This document shows, piece by piece, positions 29,301 through 36,733 of a stretch of 64,000 bases of DNA. The stretch's first letter is position 1, and each line of letters opens with the position of its first letter. The position numbers and the translations under genes are program-made. This stretch comes from Desulfuromonadales bacterium. Its GTDB lineage: Bacteria > Desulfobacterota > JAENJC01. The DNA lies in contig CAKKSC010000009.1 of NCBI GenBank assembly GCA_919902985.1, forward strand, positions 11,871 through 75,870. The letters are read 5' to 3'. Below the pieces are notes generated by a model. It saw only the letters and a list, made by a program, of their open reading frames with translations, ran no database searches and had not been told where the DNA came from.

Positions 29301-30415
29301 TGTTCAAGGGTTTTGACCATGTATTTCGTGATATATCAGGTACAGCTGTCCTGAACGGAGAGACACTGACAGTTGAGACCCTTACCGGACAAATCGGGGA
29401 AGGGAGCTTCAAGGGGAACGGAATAATAGAGATGGCAGGGATTGCCCTTAAAAGGACAGACTTGCTGTTCGATGTCAGCAGCCTGCGACTTGCCTATCCG
29501 AGATGGCTTCCAGGGGAGGTGGAGGGGAGTCTCAGGCTTACCGGGGAGTATCCTTTATTGCTATTAAGCGGCGACATAAATGTTGTCAAGGCGAGGTACA
29601 GCGAAAGGGTGGATTGGGCCACACTCCTCCCGTCCTTCAAGCAAAGGTTTAAGGTGCCAGGGACAATAAAGGAAGATGGAGCCGCTTTGAGATTTGATAT
29701 CAATTTCAAGGCAGACCGTAACCTGATATTCGAGAACAACGTGGGGAAAGGGGAGTTGAAGGGAGCTATCAGGCTGAAGGGGGATACAGGCAGGATCGGG
29801 ATCGTCGGGAATGTTGAGGTGATGACCGGCAATTTTTTTTACAAGGAACATGAGTTCAAGATAGTCTCCGGCATTATAGAGTTCCCTGATCCCAAAAAGA
29901 TCGAGGCGGTATTGGATTTTACAGCAGAGGGGAAGGTCAGGGATTATACAATCCAGATCCTGGCGCAGGGGAATATCAAGGACATTAAGGTTACCATGAC
30001 ATCATCACCGCCATTATCGGAGCTTGACATTGCATCCCTTCTCTCAGTTGGTCTTACTTCAAAGGAGTTTATGGCTACAGGGGTGGTGGCGCCGGCCTAT
30101 GAAGCCGCATCAATCCTTAGCAGAGAGGTCGAGGGAAGGTTCAAGGATTACATTGGTTTTGACCGTTTTCATATAGACCCTTACTACTCCAAGGCTACCG
30201 GGACTACGGAACCCAAGCTTACAGTTGGAAAAGATATATCTGATGATGTCCTGGTCATATACTCAAGGAGCCTGTCCGGCGCAGGGGAGCAGGAGGCCCA
30301 AGTGGAATATAAACTATACAGGAACCTCTCTGTCATTGGAGGGTGGAGCAGCTTCGGAGCGAGCCAGTCCGGAGACGTAGGGGCTGACATCAAGTACAGG
30401 TTTGAATTCAGGTAA
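26303..30415 (+). CDS. tamB: Translocation and assembly module protein TamB (AsmA-like, DUF490 C-terminus)
   Basis: 1370-aa ORF with an N-terminal TM anchor and long beta-rich repeats. The C-terminal DUF490-like block is ..LTVGKDISDDVLVIYSRSL...EYKL.RNLSV.G. Confidence 0.85.
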   Translation: MIRKIRKHFLKLFFVAILLTVTILFFFLRSDFVGDKVYHYTLAYLEDRLKSRVVIGKPEINWLRGVIYIKDVSIRPDFGREKKEFVTAKGVRISFLPWWNVLKMEIGIRSIQVEEPTVYLRVEKGKISNLPSFDFLKGEKGFFRFNLREVAISNGNVALSYPEKPAEVALSGIDMKIRPDIDKGHFGFLLANSEADIMVKEFNHKILSLKGDFRITPENLTIINSTFLLSEGNLSLEGLYLEFATSRWETKVSSELDLDAARSMASGQWPVVSEKVKDLKGKVNLSAVMKGDRGGFEVKGLAKAGEIELDGFNIRETTSGFSSKGGWGSLKESPFEIELSSKIPVELARHYVKQVPDIKGVADVHIKCSVAGGQWSVEKQKIKIEGDVASQRIEVGRMLMNKVTAKLKADEKKLHIEDFTADLLGGSLKGALDFALTDDKRFSGQVTIKDMQFNDLGKLRPLNNAPQAVLAGGVSGDVTVTGSISPELTIDGGSTMQVRDLDIASGSFSTKIPAANLKTRISYAGGVTTIKSLEIGTPSSAASVSGEVSDGNLSLDMYINSSDLNELTGHVIRGAGKVKARVNGNIHTPSVYGNISLSEVFWNGYNVDTVSGNIGLKEQALTSTGLLLRHGSSEMFLKGELSLAKESPWLNAVVEMKKGRLEDISSMTGIDLLAKGNVSLTGRLKGEIRSLHGDIGIEGSGMTVGGEDIDEFSLTGRLEKGRLLLQKVDISKGNDKVAINGSIDTNGEMHLTLSSSPLVLGNLTFVKRNKVPVDGTLELKGDISGNMRNPSFHGWGVFNDAGYRNINLGSGTLELSVSDRVLNVSGPLFGVDVTGGMMLQGSNPFHLTFAAKDLSLNSYFKGNAGLEDLTGVLSGTLKSEGELSTLNEVSAKGQISRLQVERGPFLLENGKDIEVELRNGKIIFNSFHLSGKGTELHTSGWIGMDGETNLLINGNLDLYLLQIFTKAIEKGEGVADVKLAISGKPPKIEGTLVVRDGVIVFKGFDHVFRDISGTAVLNGETLTVETLTGQIGEGSFKGNGIIEMAGIALKRTDLLFDVSSLRLAYPRWLPGEVEGSLRLTGEYPLLLLSGDINVVKARYSERVDWATLLPSFKQRFKVPGTIKEDGAALRFDINFKADRNLIFENNVGKGELKGAIRLKGDTGRIGIVGNVEVMTGNFFYKEHEFKIVSGIIEFPDPKKIEAVLDFTAEGKVRDYTIQILAQGNIKDIKVTMTSSPPLSELDIASLLSVGLTSKEFMATGVVAPAYEAASILSREVEGRFKDYIGFDRFHIDPYYSKATGTTEPKLTVGKDISDDVLVIYSRSLSGAGEQEAQVEYKLYRNLSVIGGWSSFGASQSGDVGADIKYRFEFR

Positions 30416-30498
30416 CAGGGTGTAGTGTGTAGGTGGTAGGGTGTAGCTACCCCCTATGCCCTACCCTCTACACCCAAAAAAATATAAAGGAGTACAAG

Positions 30499-31597
30499 AT
30501 GCCGATCGATTTGAAGGAACAGTTTGCGGAGATTGAGAACAAGATAACAGCCTTGCGGAGGCATCTTTGACATAGAGTCCAAGGAGCAACGGCTTATGGA
30601 ACTGGGTCCTATTATCTCCAGGCCTGGTTTCTGGGATGACAATGAGTCTGCCCAGAAATTCCTGAAGGAACAGACAGGCCTCCAGCAGGCCATTGACGGC
30701 TGGAAAAAGTGCAACTCCTCTCTGGACGATGCCAGGGGTCTCTATGAAATGGCTCTTGAAGAAAAGGATGACGGTGTGGCCCTCGATGTGGAGGGGGAGC
30801 TTATAAGACTGTCCGACGAGATAAAGGGGATCGAGCTCCGGCGGATGCTCTCAGGCCCTAATGACCACAACAACGCCATCGTTGCCATACATCCTGGTGC
30901 AGGCGGTACAGAGTCGCAGGACTGGGCGGAAATGCTTCTGAGGATGTATCTTAGATGGGCAGAAAAAAAGGGGTTCCGTTCGGAAATCATCGATTACCAG
31001 GGTGGGGATGAGGCAGGGGTAAAAAGTGCTACCTTTACAGTCTCAGGTGAGTATGCCTTCGGTTTCCTTAAGGCCGAGATTGGCATCCACCGGCTGGTGA
31101 GGATTTCTCCATTTGATGCCGCCAAGCGGAGACACACATCCTTTGCCTCGGTCTATGTTTACCCGGAGATTGAGGATGATATAGTGATAGACATCAACGA
31201 GGCCGACCTCAAGATAGACACCTACAGGTCAAGCGGGGCCGGGGGACAGAAGGTCAACAAGACAGACTCCGCCATCAGGATAACTCATCTTCCGACAAAT
31301 ATAGTCGTCCAGTGCCAGAACGAGCGTTCCCAGCACAAGAACAAGGCCATGGCCATGAAGATACTGAAAGCCCGGCTTTATGAACAGGAGATGGAAAAAA
31401 AGGCCGAGGAGATGGATGCCCTTTATAAGTCCAAGAAGGACATAGCCTGGGGAAGCCAGATCCGCTCTTATGTCCTCCAGCCATACAGGCTTGCCAAGGA
31501 CCACAGGACAAACTTCGAGTCCGGGAATGTAGATGCCGTGCTGGACGGAGATCTGGATAAGTTTATAGAGGCATATCTCTTGATGGCAGGGGGATAA
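30499..31597 (+). CDS. prfB: Peptide chain release factor 2 (requires programmed +1 frameshift at 30565-30571)
   Basis: Frame 0 gives MPIDLKEQFAEIENKITALRRHL then TGA. The +1 frame continues DIESKEQRLMELG... with SPF (RISPFD) and GGQ (SGAGGQ) motifs. Confidence 0.95.
30557..30571 (+). promoter_or_regulatory. RF2 autoregulatory frameshift site
   Basis: GGAGG-CAT-CTT-TGA-C: an internal SD-like element 3 nt before the CUU UGA C slippery/stop context, the same architecture as E. coli prfB. Confidence 0.9.
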
Positions 31598-31620
31598 AAT
31601 CTGGAATTGCCAATTATATA

Positions 31621-31649
31621 TTGACTTAGGTAATAACTAAAATTATAGT
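31621..31649 (+). promoter_or_regulatory. Sigma70-type promoter with an embedded 15-bp palindrome (candidate metalloregulator box)
   Basis: TTGACT (31621-26), N17 spacer, TATAGT (31644-49). The palindrome TTAGGTAATAACTAA (31626-31640, one mismatched pair) occupies the spacer. Confidence 0.4.
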
Positions 31650-31658
31650 GAAAACAGT

Positions 31659-31934
31659 ATGAGCAATAGAATATCCGGTATCTTAGTTGGATTACTGCTA
31701 TTTTCGGCCTTTGTAACCGGGTTTCATCATCATCTTGATAATGAGTCCCATGCTAATTGCCTGATTTGTATAGCTTCAAGCCATTCTCCTGCCGTTGCCG
31801 ATAACGGCAGCAACTTCTTTCATAGAGAAATAGTCTTACCCTTTGAAGCCCCGGAAAAGGTTTTCTATCTATCGCTGCCGGGCAAGGCAACTTCTCCATC
31901 CAGGGCGCCGCCCACCGAAGCAGTTCTTTCCTGA
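31659..31934 (+). CDS. Small membrane-anchored His/Cys-rich protein (hypothetical, possibly DUF2946-like)
   Basis: 91-aa ORF with an N-terminal TM helix, then GFHHHLDNESHANCLICIASSHSP. Confidence 0.4.
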   Translation: MSNRISGILVGLLLFSAFVTGFHHHLDNESHANCLICIASSHSPAVADNGSNFFHREIVLPFEAPEKVFYLSLPGKATSPSRAPPTEAVLS

Positions 31935-31972
31935 TAATCAATAAAACTATCAAACACAGAACGCATAGAATA

Positions 31973-32037
31973 ACGCCCCCTCGCTCCCCTTCTTAATTTA
32001 AGAGGGTTTATGTCCCGTGGGTAGGATGGGGGGAGTT
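31973..32037. repeat. Family-B hairpin element (degenerate copy)
   Basis: CCCCCTCGCTCCCCTTCTTAATTTAAGAGGG...GGATGGGGGGAGTT. Confidence 0.6.
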
Positions 32038-32075
32038 AAGGTTTTTCGCGTCTCTGCATGTAAATTGGAGGAACC

Positions 32076-33374
32076 ATGAGAATAACGGCACTCCTTTGTC
32101 TTTTGTTCCTGCTGATCCCATTTTCTAAATCCTGGGGAGATGACATGGAGCAGAGGATACAGGCATTGGAAAACGCTTCAAATATACAAACTGAGACCAT
32201 AGAGGAACAGCAGAAAGCCATCGAAGAACTGAAAAAAGGTTCGGATACGGAAAAGCAAAAATCGGCAGGGGTAACCGGTTTGTTTGGCAGTGCGTCCCTT
32301 GCCAACCCGAACATATCCCTGATAGTTGATACCTTCTTCTATTCATCTAATCACAATGATGGGGAACTTGAGGCCAGGAGTATTCCAGGCTTTACAAACG
32401 CAGGGATTGAAAAGAGAAACGGTTTCAACCTTGAATCTGCAGAGCTATTTATTTATGCCCCGGTTGACCCTTATTTCAATCTCTATGCGACCATACCTGT
32501 AACGGAAGATGGGGCGGAGGTGGAAGAGGCATATTTCATCACAACTGCATTGCCAAAAGGGGCTCAGGTAAAGGGCGGAAAGTTCAAGAGCGGTTTTGGC
32601 AGGATAAACTCTCAGCATCCGCACGCGTGGGACTTCGCGGATGCACCACTTGCTTACAGGGGCTTCACCGGGGAAGAAGGGATAATAGAAAAGGGGGTGC
32701 AACTCACATACCTGCCGGAGTTGCCGTTTTATACGCAACTTGGAGCGGAGGCCCTTCAGGGCGATAATAATCTTTTATTCGGCCAGGATGCAAAGTCCGG
32801 CGCCCATACCTTCTCAGCCTTCGCAAAGGCATCATTCGACATGGGAGACTATTCAACCATATTGTTCGGACCTTCTGTTGTTGTCGGGAAGGCAAGGAAT
32901 TCTTCAATAGCAGACGATAGAGAGTTCGCAGGAGATACAACCCTTTACGACCTGGAATTTACGTATAAGTGGAAGCCATCCAAGGCAAGGTCTTTTACAC
33001 TGCAAAGCGAGTATTTGTTAAGGAGCCAGGACGGGAATCTGACAGACACAGTTTCTTCAACAGCGGACACTTTGAAGAGGACACAGGATGGAGTTTATCT
33101 CCAGGGTATTTATCAGATCGGCAGGTGCCGTGTAGGCGCAAGGTTTGACCGCATGGAGGTATTCAGGGATGATTACAGATTAAGCGGAGCGGACCAAGAC
33201 TTCGGAGAGAGACCCTGGAGGGCGACAGGAAGTGTTGAGTACAATCTCAGCGAGTTTTCCAGGATTCGGGTTCAGTATAATCACGACAGGTCCGGCAGGG
33301 ATGGCGTGACCAACAATGAGGTACTGGTGCAGCTCATCTTCGGGATCGGCGCTCATTCAGCTCATCCATTTTAA
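32076..33374 (+). CDS. Outer-membrane porin-like beta-barrel with an N-terminal coiled coil
   Basis: Signal peptide, a coiled-coil segment (MEQRIQALENASNIQTETIEEQQKAIEELKK), then long amphipathic beta strands. Ends ..GAHSAHPF. Confidence 0.6.
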   Translation: MRITALLCLLFLLIPFSKSWGDDMEQRIQALENASNIQTETIEEQQKAIEELKKGSDTEKQKSAGVTGLFGSASLANPNISLIVDTFFYSSNHNDGELEARSIPGFTNAGIEKRNGFNLESAELFIYAPVDPYFNLYATIPVTEDGAEVEEAYFITTALPKGAQVKGGKFKSGFGRINSQHPHAWDFADAPLAYRGFTGEEGIIEKGVQLTYLPELPFYTQLGAEALQGDNNLLFGQDAKSGAHTFSAFAKASFDMGDYSTILFGPSVVVGKARNSSIADDREFAGDTTLYDLEFTYKWKPSKARSFTLQSEYLLRSQDGNLTDTVSSTADTLKRTQDGVYLQGIYQIGRCRVGARFDRMEVFRDDYRLSGADQDFGERPWRATGSVEYNLSEFSRIRVQYNHDRSGRDGVTNNEVLVQLIFGIGAHSAHPF

Positions 33375-33385
33375 GGAGAAATATT

Positions 33386-34264
33386 ATGAAAAAGATAGCA
33401 ATGGTATTTGTTTTATCTTTATACGCAACGTCAGCCCTTGCAAAGGTCAATGTGGTAGCCACACTCCCTTTCATAGGGAGCCTTGCGAAGGAGATCGGCG
33501 GTGACAGGATAGATATCACCGTCCTTATAAAATCGAACCAGGACCCCCATTTTGTCGAGGCCAAGCCAAGCATGATCCTTGCCGTGAGGAAGGCCGATAT
33601 CTTGATATACAACGGTCTTGACCTGGAGATAGGATATCTTCCCGTACTTATTGAATCCTCAAAAAACCCCGCAATACAGCCTGGTAAAGCGGGGAATCTT
33701 GATTGTTCCAGGTATGTCGCGCCGATAGAAAGGCTGCCATCCGCTGATAGGAGCATGGGGGACGTTCATCCCCTGGGTAATCCACACTATATCTATTCGC
33801 CAAAGAACATATTTCGAGTAGCGGAAGGGATAACTGAGGTCTTGTCTGCTGTGGACTCGGTCAATGCAGTTTTTTATATGGAGAGTTTTGCGGCTTTTAA
33901 AGAGAGGTTTAATAAAAAGCAGGCGGAATGGGGAAAGGGGCAGTTAAAGGAGAAAAAGTTTATCGCCTATCACAACATGTTCAGCTACCTGTCTTCCGAG
34001 TTCGGTTTCCAGATAAAAGGATACATAGAGGCTAAGCCGGGCATTCCGCCCTCAGCCGGTCACATAGAGGGGTTGATTGAGGCCATGAAGCGTGAAAGAC
34101 CGGACGCCATAATCATAACCCCGGATGCAGGCAGAAAAGAGACCGAATTCCTTACACAAAAAACCGGAGTGAAAACCATTATACTGCCAAGGGATGTCGG
34201 TTCGACGCCTGCTGCAAAGGACTGGTTTTCGCTGATGGATGAGATACTATCTTTGCTGCAATAA
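33386..34264 (+). CDS. Metal ABC transporter substrate-binding protein (ZnuA/TroA cluster A-I family)
   Basis: Signal peptide; ..VVATLPFIGSLAKEIGGDRIDITVLI....DPHFVEAKPS.. and ..HPLGNPHY.. metal-ligand His motifs. Confidence 0.8.
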   Translation: MKKIAMVFVLSLYATSALAKVNVVATLPFIGSLAKEIGGDRIDITVLIKSNQDPHFVEAKPSMILAVRKADILIYNGLDLEIGYLPVLIESSKNPAIQPGKAGNLDCSRYVAPIERLPSADRSMGDVHPLGNPHYIYSPKNIFRVAEGITEVLSAVDSVNAVFYMESFAAFKERFNKKQAEWGKGQLKEKKFIAYHNMFSYLSSEFGFQIKGYIEAKPGIPPSAGHIEGLIEAMKRERPDAIIITPDAGRKETEFLTQKTGVKTIILPRDVGSTPAAKDWFSLMDEILSLLQ

Positions 34265-34274
34265 AGGAGGAGAG

Positions 34275-35063
34275 ATGGAAGCTTTTAGTTTTCTTATATA
34301 CCCTTTTCTGGGGTGTGTACTCCTGATCCTGATCCATGCCTATTTCGGGATCCATATACTTGAGAGAGGGGTCATATTCCTGGATCTGTCCATGGCCCAG
34401 TTTATAGCACTCGGTATATCGCTCTCTTTTTACATGGGTCATGAGGACTCAGGAAAATATATGTATGGCGTTGCATTCGCCGTTATAGGGGCCTCCATCC
34501 TTTCCCTCTCAAGACAGATATCAAGGTTTGTAAACATAGAGGCTTTCATTGGAGTCTTCTACATCTTTTCCCTGGCATCAAGCATATTGATACTCGACAG
34601 GACTCCCCATGGCATTGACGAGTTAAAGGCCATCCTTAACGGAAATATTTTGTTCATAACCCAGGCTGAGCTTGTCAAGATGCTTCTTCTTTATTTGACT
34701 ATAGGAATGGTACACGCAATCTTCAGAAAGAGGTTCTTTTCCCTTACATTTGAAGGAACAGGCGGATACTTCTGGGAATTCCTCTTCTTTCTTAGCTTCG
34801 CCCTTGTGCTGGTCAGCTCAGTCTCGATAGCCGGGATTCTTCAGGTATTTTCGTTTCTTGTTATCCCGGCACTCGTTGGAAAACTTTACACTAATGAGCC
34901 ATTTAAGACACTCCTTATCGGATGGGGAGTCGGGCTTGCTGCAAGCGTCTTTGGCTTGGTTGTATCTTTCAAGATGGACCTGCCGACTGCGCCCCTAATC
35001 GTGGCCTCCCTAAGTATAGTTTTCTTCATCCTTTTGACATTAAAGGCCTGGAGGACAAGATGA
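34275..35063 (+). CDS. Metal ABC transporter permease (ABC-3 / ZnuB family)
   Basis: Polytopic ~262-aa ORF from ATG 34275 (AAGGAGG RBS). ABC-3-type helices (..LDLSMAQ...G.., ..VFSFLVIPA..). Confidence 0.75.
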   Translation: MEAFSFLIYPFLGCVLLILIHAYFGIHILERGVIFLDLSMAQFIALGISLSFYMGHEDSGKYMYGVAFAVIGASILSLSRQISRFVNIEAFIGVFYIFSLASSILILDRTPHGIDELKAILNGNILFITQAELVKMLLLYLTIGMVHAIFRKRFFSLTFEGTGGYFWEFLFFLSFALVLVSSVSIAGILQVFSFLVIPALVGKLYTNEPFKTLLIGWGVGLAASVFGLVVSFKMDLPTAPLIVASLSIVFFILLTLKAWRTR

Positions 35064-35154
35064 CTGGTAAAAGCAGCTGCTGGTTATGTTTGTCTGAATT
35101 TCTTGACTGAGCAACGCTGATGTGATAAAAAGTATTCACAACTGAATAATACCG

Positions 35155-35312
35155 TATCCGGGTTCCTATTTTGGATTAAAAAGGGAAGTGGGGTGTAAGA
35201 CCCCCGCGGACCCGCCGCTGTAATCGGGGATGAAACCCACAAATGCCACTGTCTTTACGATGGGAAGGTGTGGGGAGTAGGATGAACCGAGAGCCAGAAG
35301 ACCTGCCCAATA
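35155..35312 (+). promoter_or_regulatory. Cobalamin riboswitch 1
   Basis: All conserved blocks are present: AAGGGAA, GGTGTAAGACCC, CCCGCCGCTGTAA, GCCACTG, TGGGAAGG and the B12 box GAGCCAGAAGACCTGCC. Confidence 0.85.
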
Positions 35313-35381
35313 TCTATATGGATACGCCTCACAACCTCTTCGATGGTAAAGAAGGTGAGGGTTAAGCCTGCATTATACTTA

Positions 35382-35420
35382 ATCCCCTGTTTTCCAACGT
35401 GAAGACAGGGGATTTTTATT
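35382..35420 (+). terminator. Intrinsic terminator (expression platform of riboswitch 1)
   Basis: Stem ATCCCCTGT / ACAGGGGAT followed by TTTTTATTT. Confidence 0.8.
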
Positions 35421-35548
35421 TGTTGTTAGATAATTTGTCCTGTGCATAAAAAGGAGTAATACTTGTGCATAATACCAAGTAAGCTTTCAGTAATGGCAAT
35501 AATTATCTGTTTGCAACTTGGTATAAATTCAAAGTAGTCTGAAAATAA

Positions 35549-35716
35549 GTATTCAGGTGCCTGCAGAAGCAGGTGAAAAGGGAATCCCGTGAGAAGCGGG
35601 AGCGGTCCGGCCACTGTAAACGGTGACGAACGCTGCATATGCCACTATTCTGACGAATGGAATGGGAAGGCGCAGCTATTAGGAAGACCCGTAAGTCAGG
35701 AGACCTGCCTGAATGC
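35549..35716 (+). promoter_or_regulatory. Cobalamin riboswitch 2
   Basis: P1 TATTCAGG..CCTGAATG; AAGGGAA, CCACTGTAAACGG, GCCACT, TGGGAAGGC, B12 box AGTCAGGAGACCTGCC. Preceded by an extended -10 TGGTATAAA (35519-27). Confidence 0.85.
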
Positions 35717-35779
35717 AAACAATTCAGCCTTCCAGGGAAAGGTGGTGAATGGGATGGTCTCTTTTATCAGGGGTCCGTG

Positions 35780-35823
35780 CCTCCTGTTATTGTAGTTTGC
35801 TTAGACAAATACAATACAGGAGG
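35780..35823 (+). promoter_or_regulatory. RBS-sequestering hairpin (translational expression platform of riboswitch 2)
   Basis: CCTCCTGTTATTGTA (35780-94) pairs with TACAATACAGGAGG (35810-23). The latter contains the SD of the gene starting at 35830. Confidence 0.65.
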
Positions 35824-35829
35824 AGATTG

Positions 35830-36585
35830 ATGTTTAACAAAAGACTTGTTTTAGCAGGACTGCTTTTGTTCTTTATGGCAGGCAATGCATTTGCGTATAG
35901 GCCTTTGGGTACTGAGGATGCAGGGGTTGCCGGGAAAGGTGTCGCCCAGACCGAGATAAGTTGGGACTATTTGAAGTGGAAAAATGATGATATGGAGCAG
36001 GTCTTTATGCTCGTCCCGATCTACGGTCTTACGGAAAACCTGGAACTTTCGGCTGAGATACCTTATCTTATCGATAATCCTGATGTGGGAAGTTCGGGGG
36101 AAGGGGTCGGCGACATAAATCTTGTTGGTAAATACCTGCTGATACAGGAAGGGGAAAGGAATCCGGCATTTACTGTGAAGGGTGTGGCGAAACTCGACAA
36201 CGGCGACTACGACAAGGGGCTTGGAAGCGGTGACAAGGATTATTCCATTTTTGCCGTGGCATCGAAGACAATAGGAGATATTACGCTCCACGGCATGGTT
36301 GGCTACACATGGGTCGGCGACAAAAAGGATGAGAATCTGCGGGATATAACCCTCTACGGCATAGCCGTTGATTATGCTTTGGCGGAGCCTCTCCATGTCC
36401 TTGCCGAAATTAACGGCAACAGGCATCCTGATCAGACAGCAGGAGAGGAAGACCCCAGAAACGCCCTCGCAGGGATAACTTATAAGGTCTCTGACAATCT
36501 GACCCTTGATGCTGCTTACAGGTGGGGTCTAAGCGATTCTGTGCCGGACTGGAGCACAACGATGGGTGCTTCGATAACGTACTAA
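35830..36585 (+). CDS. Outer-membrane beta-barrel channel (MetA/phenol-degradation-like transporter family)
   Basis: Signal peptide ..GNAFA/YRPLGTEDAG.., acidic-loop-rich 12-14-strand-like pattern, C-terminal ..MGASITY. It is the first gene after riboswitch 2. Confidence 0.6.
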   Translation: MFNKRLVLAGLLLFFMAGNAFAYRPLGTEDAGVAGKGVAQTEISWDYLKWKNDDMEQVFMLVPIYGLTENLELSAEIPYLIDNPDVGSSGEGVGDINLVGKYLLIQEGERNPAFTVKGVAKLDNGDYDKGLGSGDKDYSIFAVASKTIGDITLHGMVGYTWVGDKKDENLRDITLYGIAVDYALAEPLHVLAEINGNRHPDQTAGEEDPRNALAGITYKVSDNLTLDAAYRWGLSDSVPDWSTTMGASITY

Positions 36586-36598
36586 TGATACTCTGGTA

Positions 36599-36677
36599 TC
36601 ATTCTGAGGAGCAAAGCGACGAAGAATCTCGGTTTTACGTAAGCAACAAGCAGATTCTTCGCTTCGCTCAGAATGAC
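36599..36677. repeat. Inverted-repeat element (CATTCTGAGGAGCAAAGCGACGAAGAATCT type)
   Basis: Arms TCATTCTGAGGAGCAAAGCGACGAAGAATCT / AGATTCTTCGCTTCGCTCAGAATGA. Confidence 0.8.
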
Positions 36678-36733
36678 ATTGTACGGAATTGTCGGAGTAG
36701 TATTAAATATCAAATTCATAATCGGAGGAAACG

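Noticed and set aside
30416-30480. Hairpin GGGTGTAG...CTACACCC as the tamB terminator
   Set aside because: The stem is followed by an A-run, not a T-run, on the tamB strand. It looks like another GTAGGGT-type simple or palindromic repeat rather than a canonical intrinsic terminator.
35426-35795. Three small ORFs (35426-35638 -, 35503-35718 -, 35589-35795 +)
   Set aside because: They overlap the conserved core of cobalamin riboswitch 2 and its expression platform, and none has an RBS. The region is explained as structured RNA.
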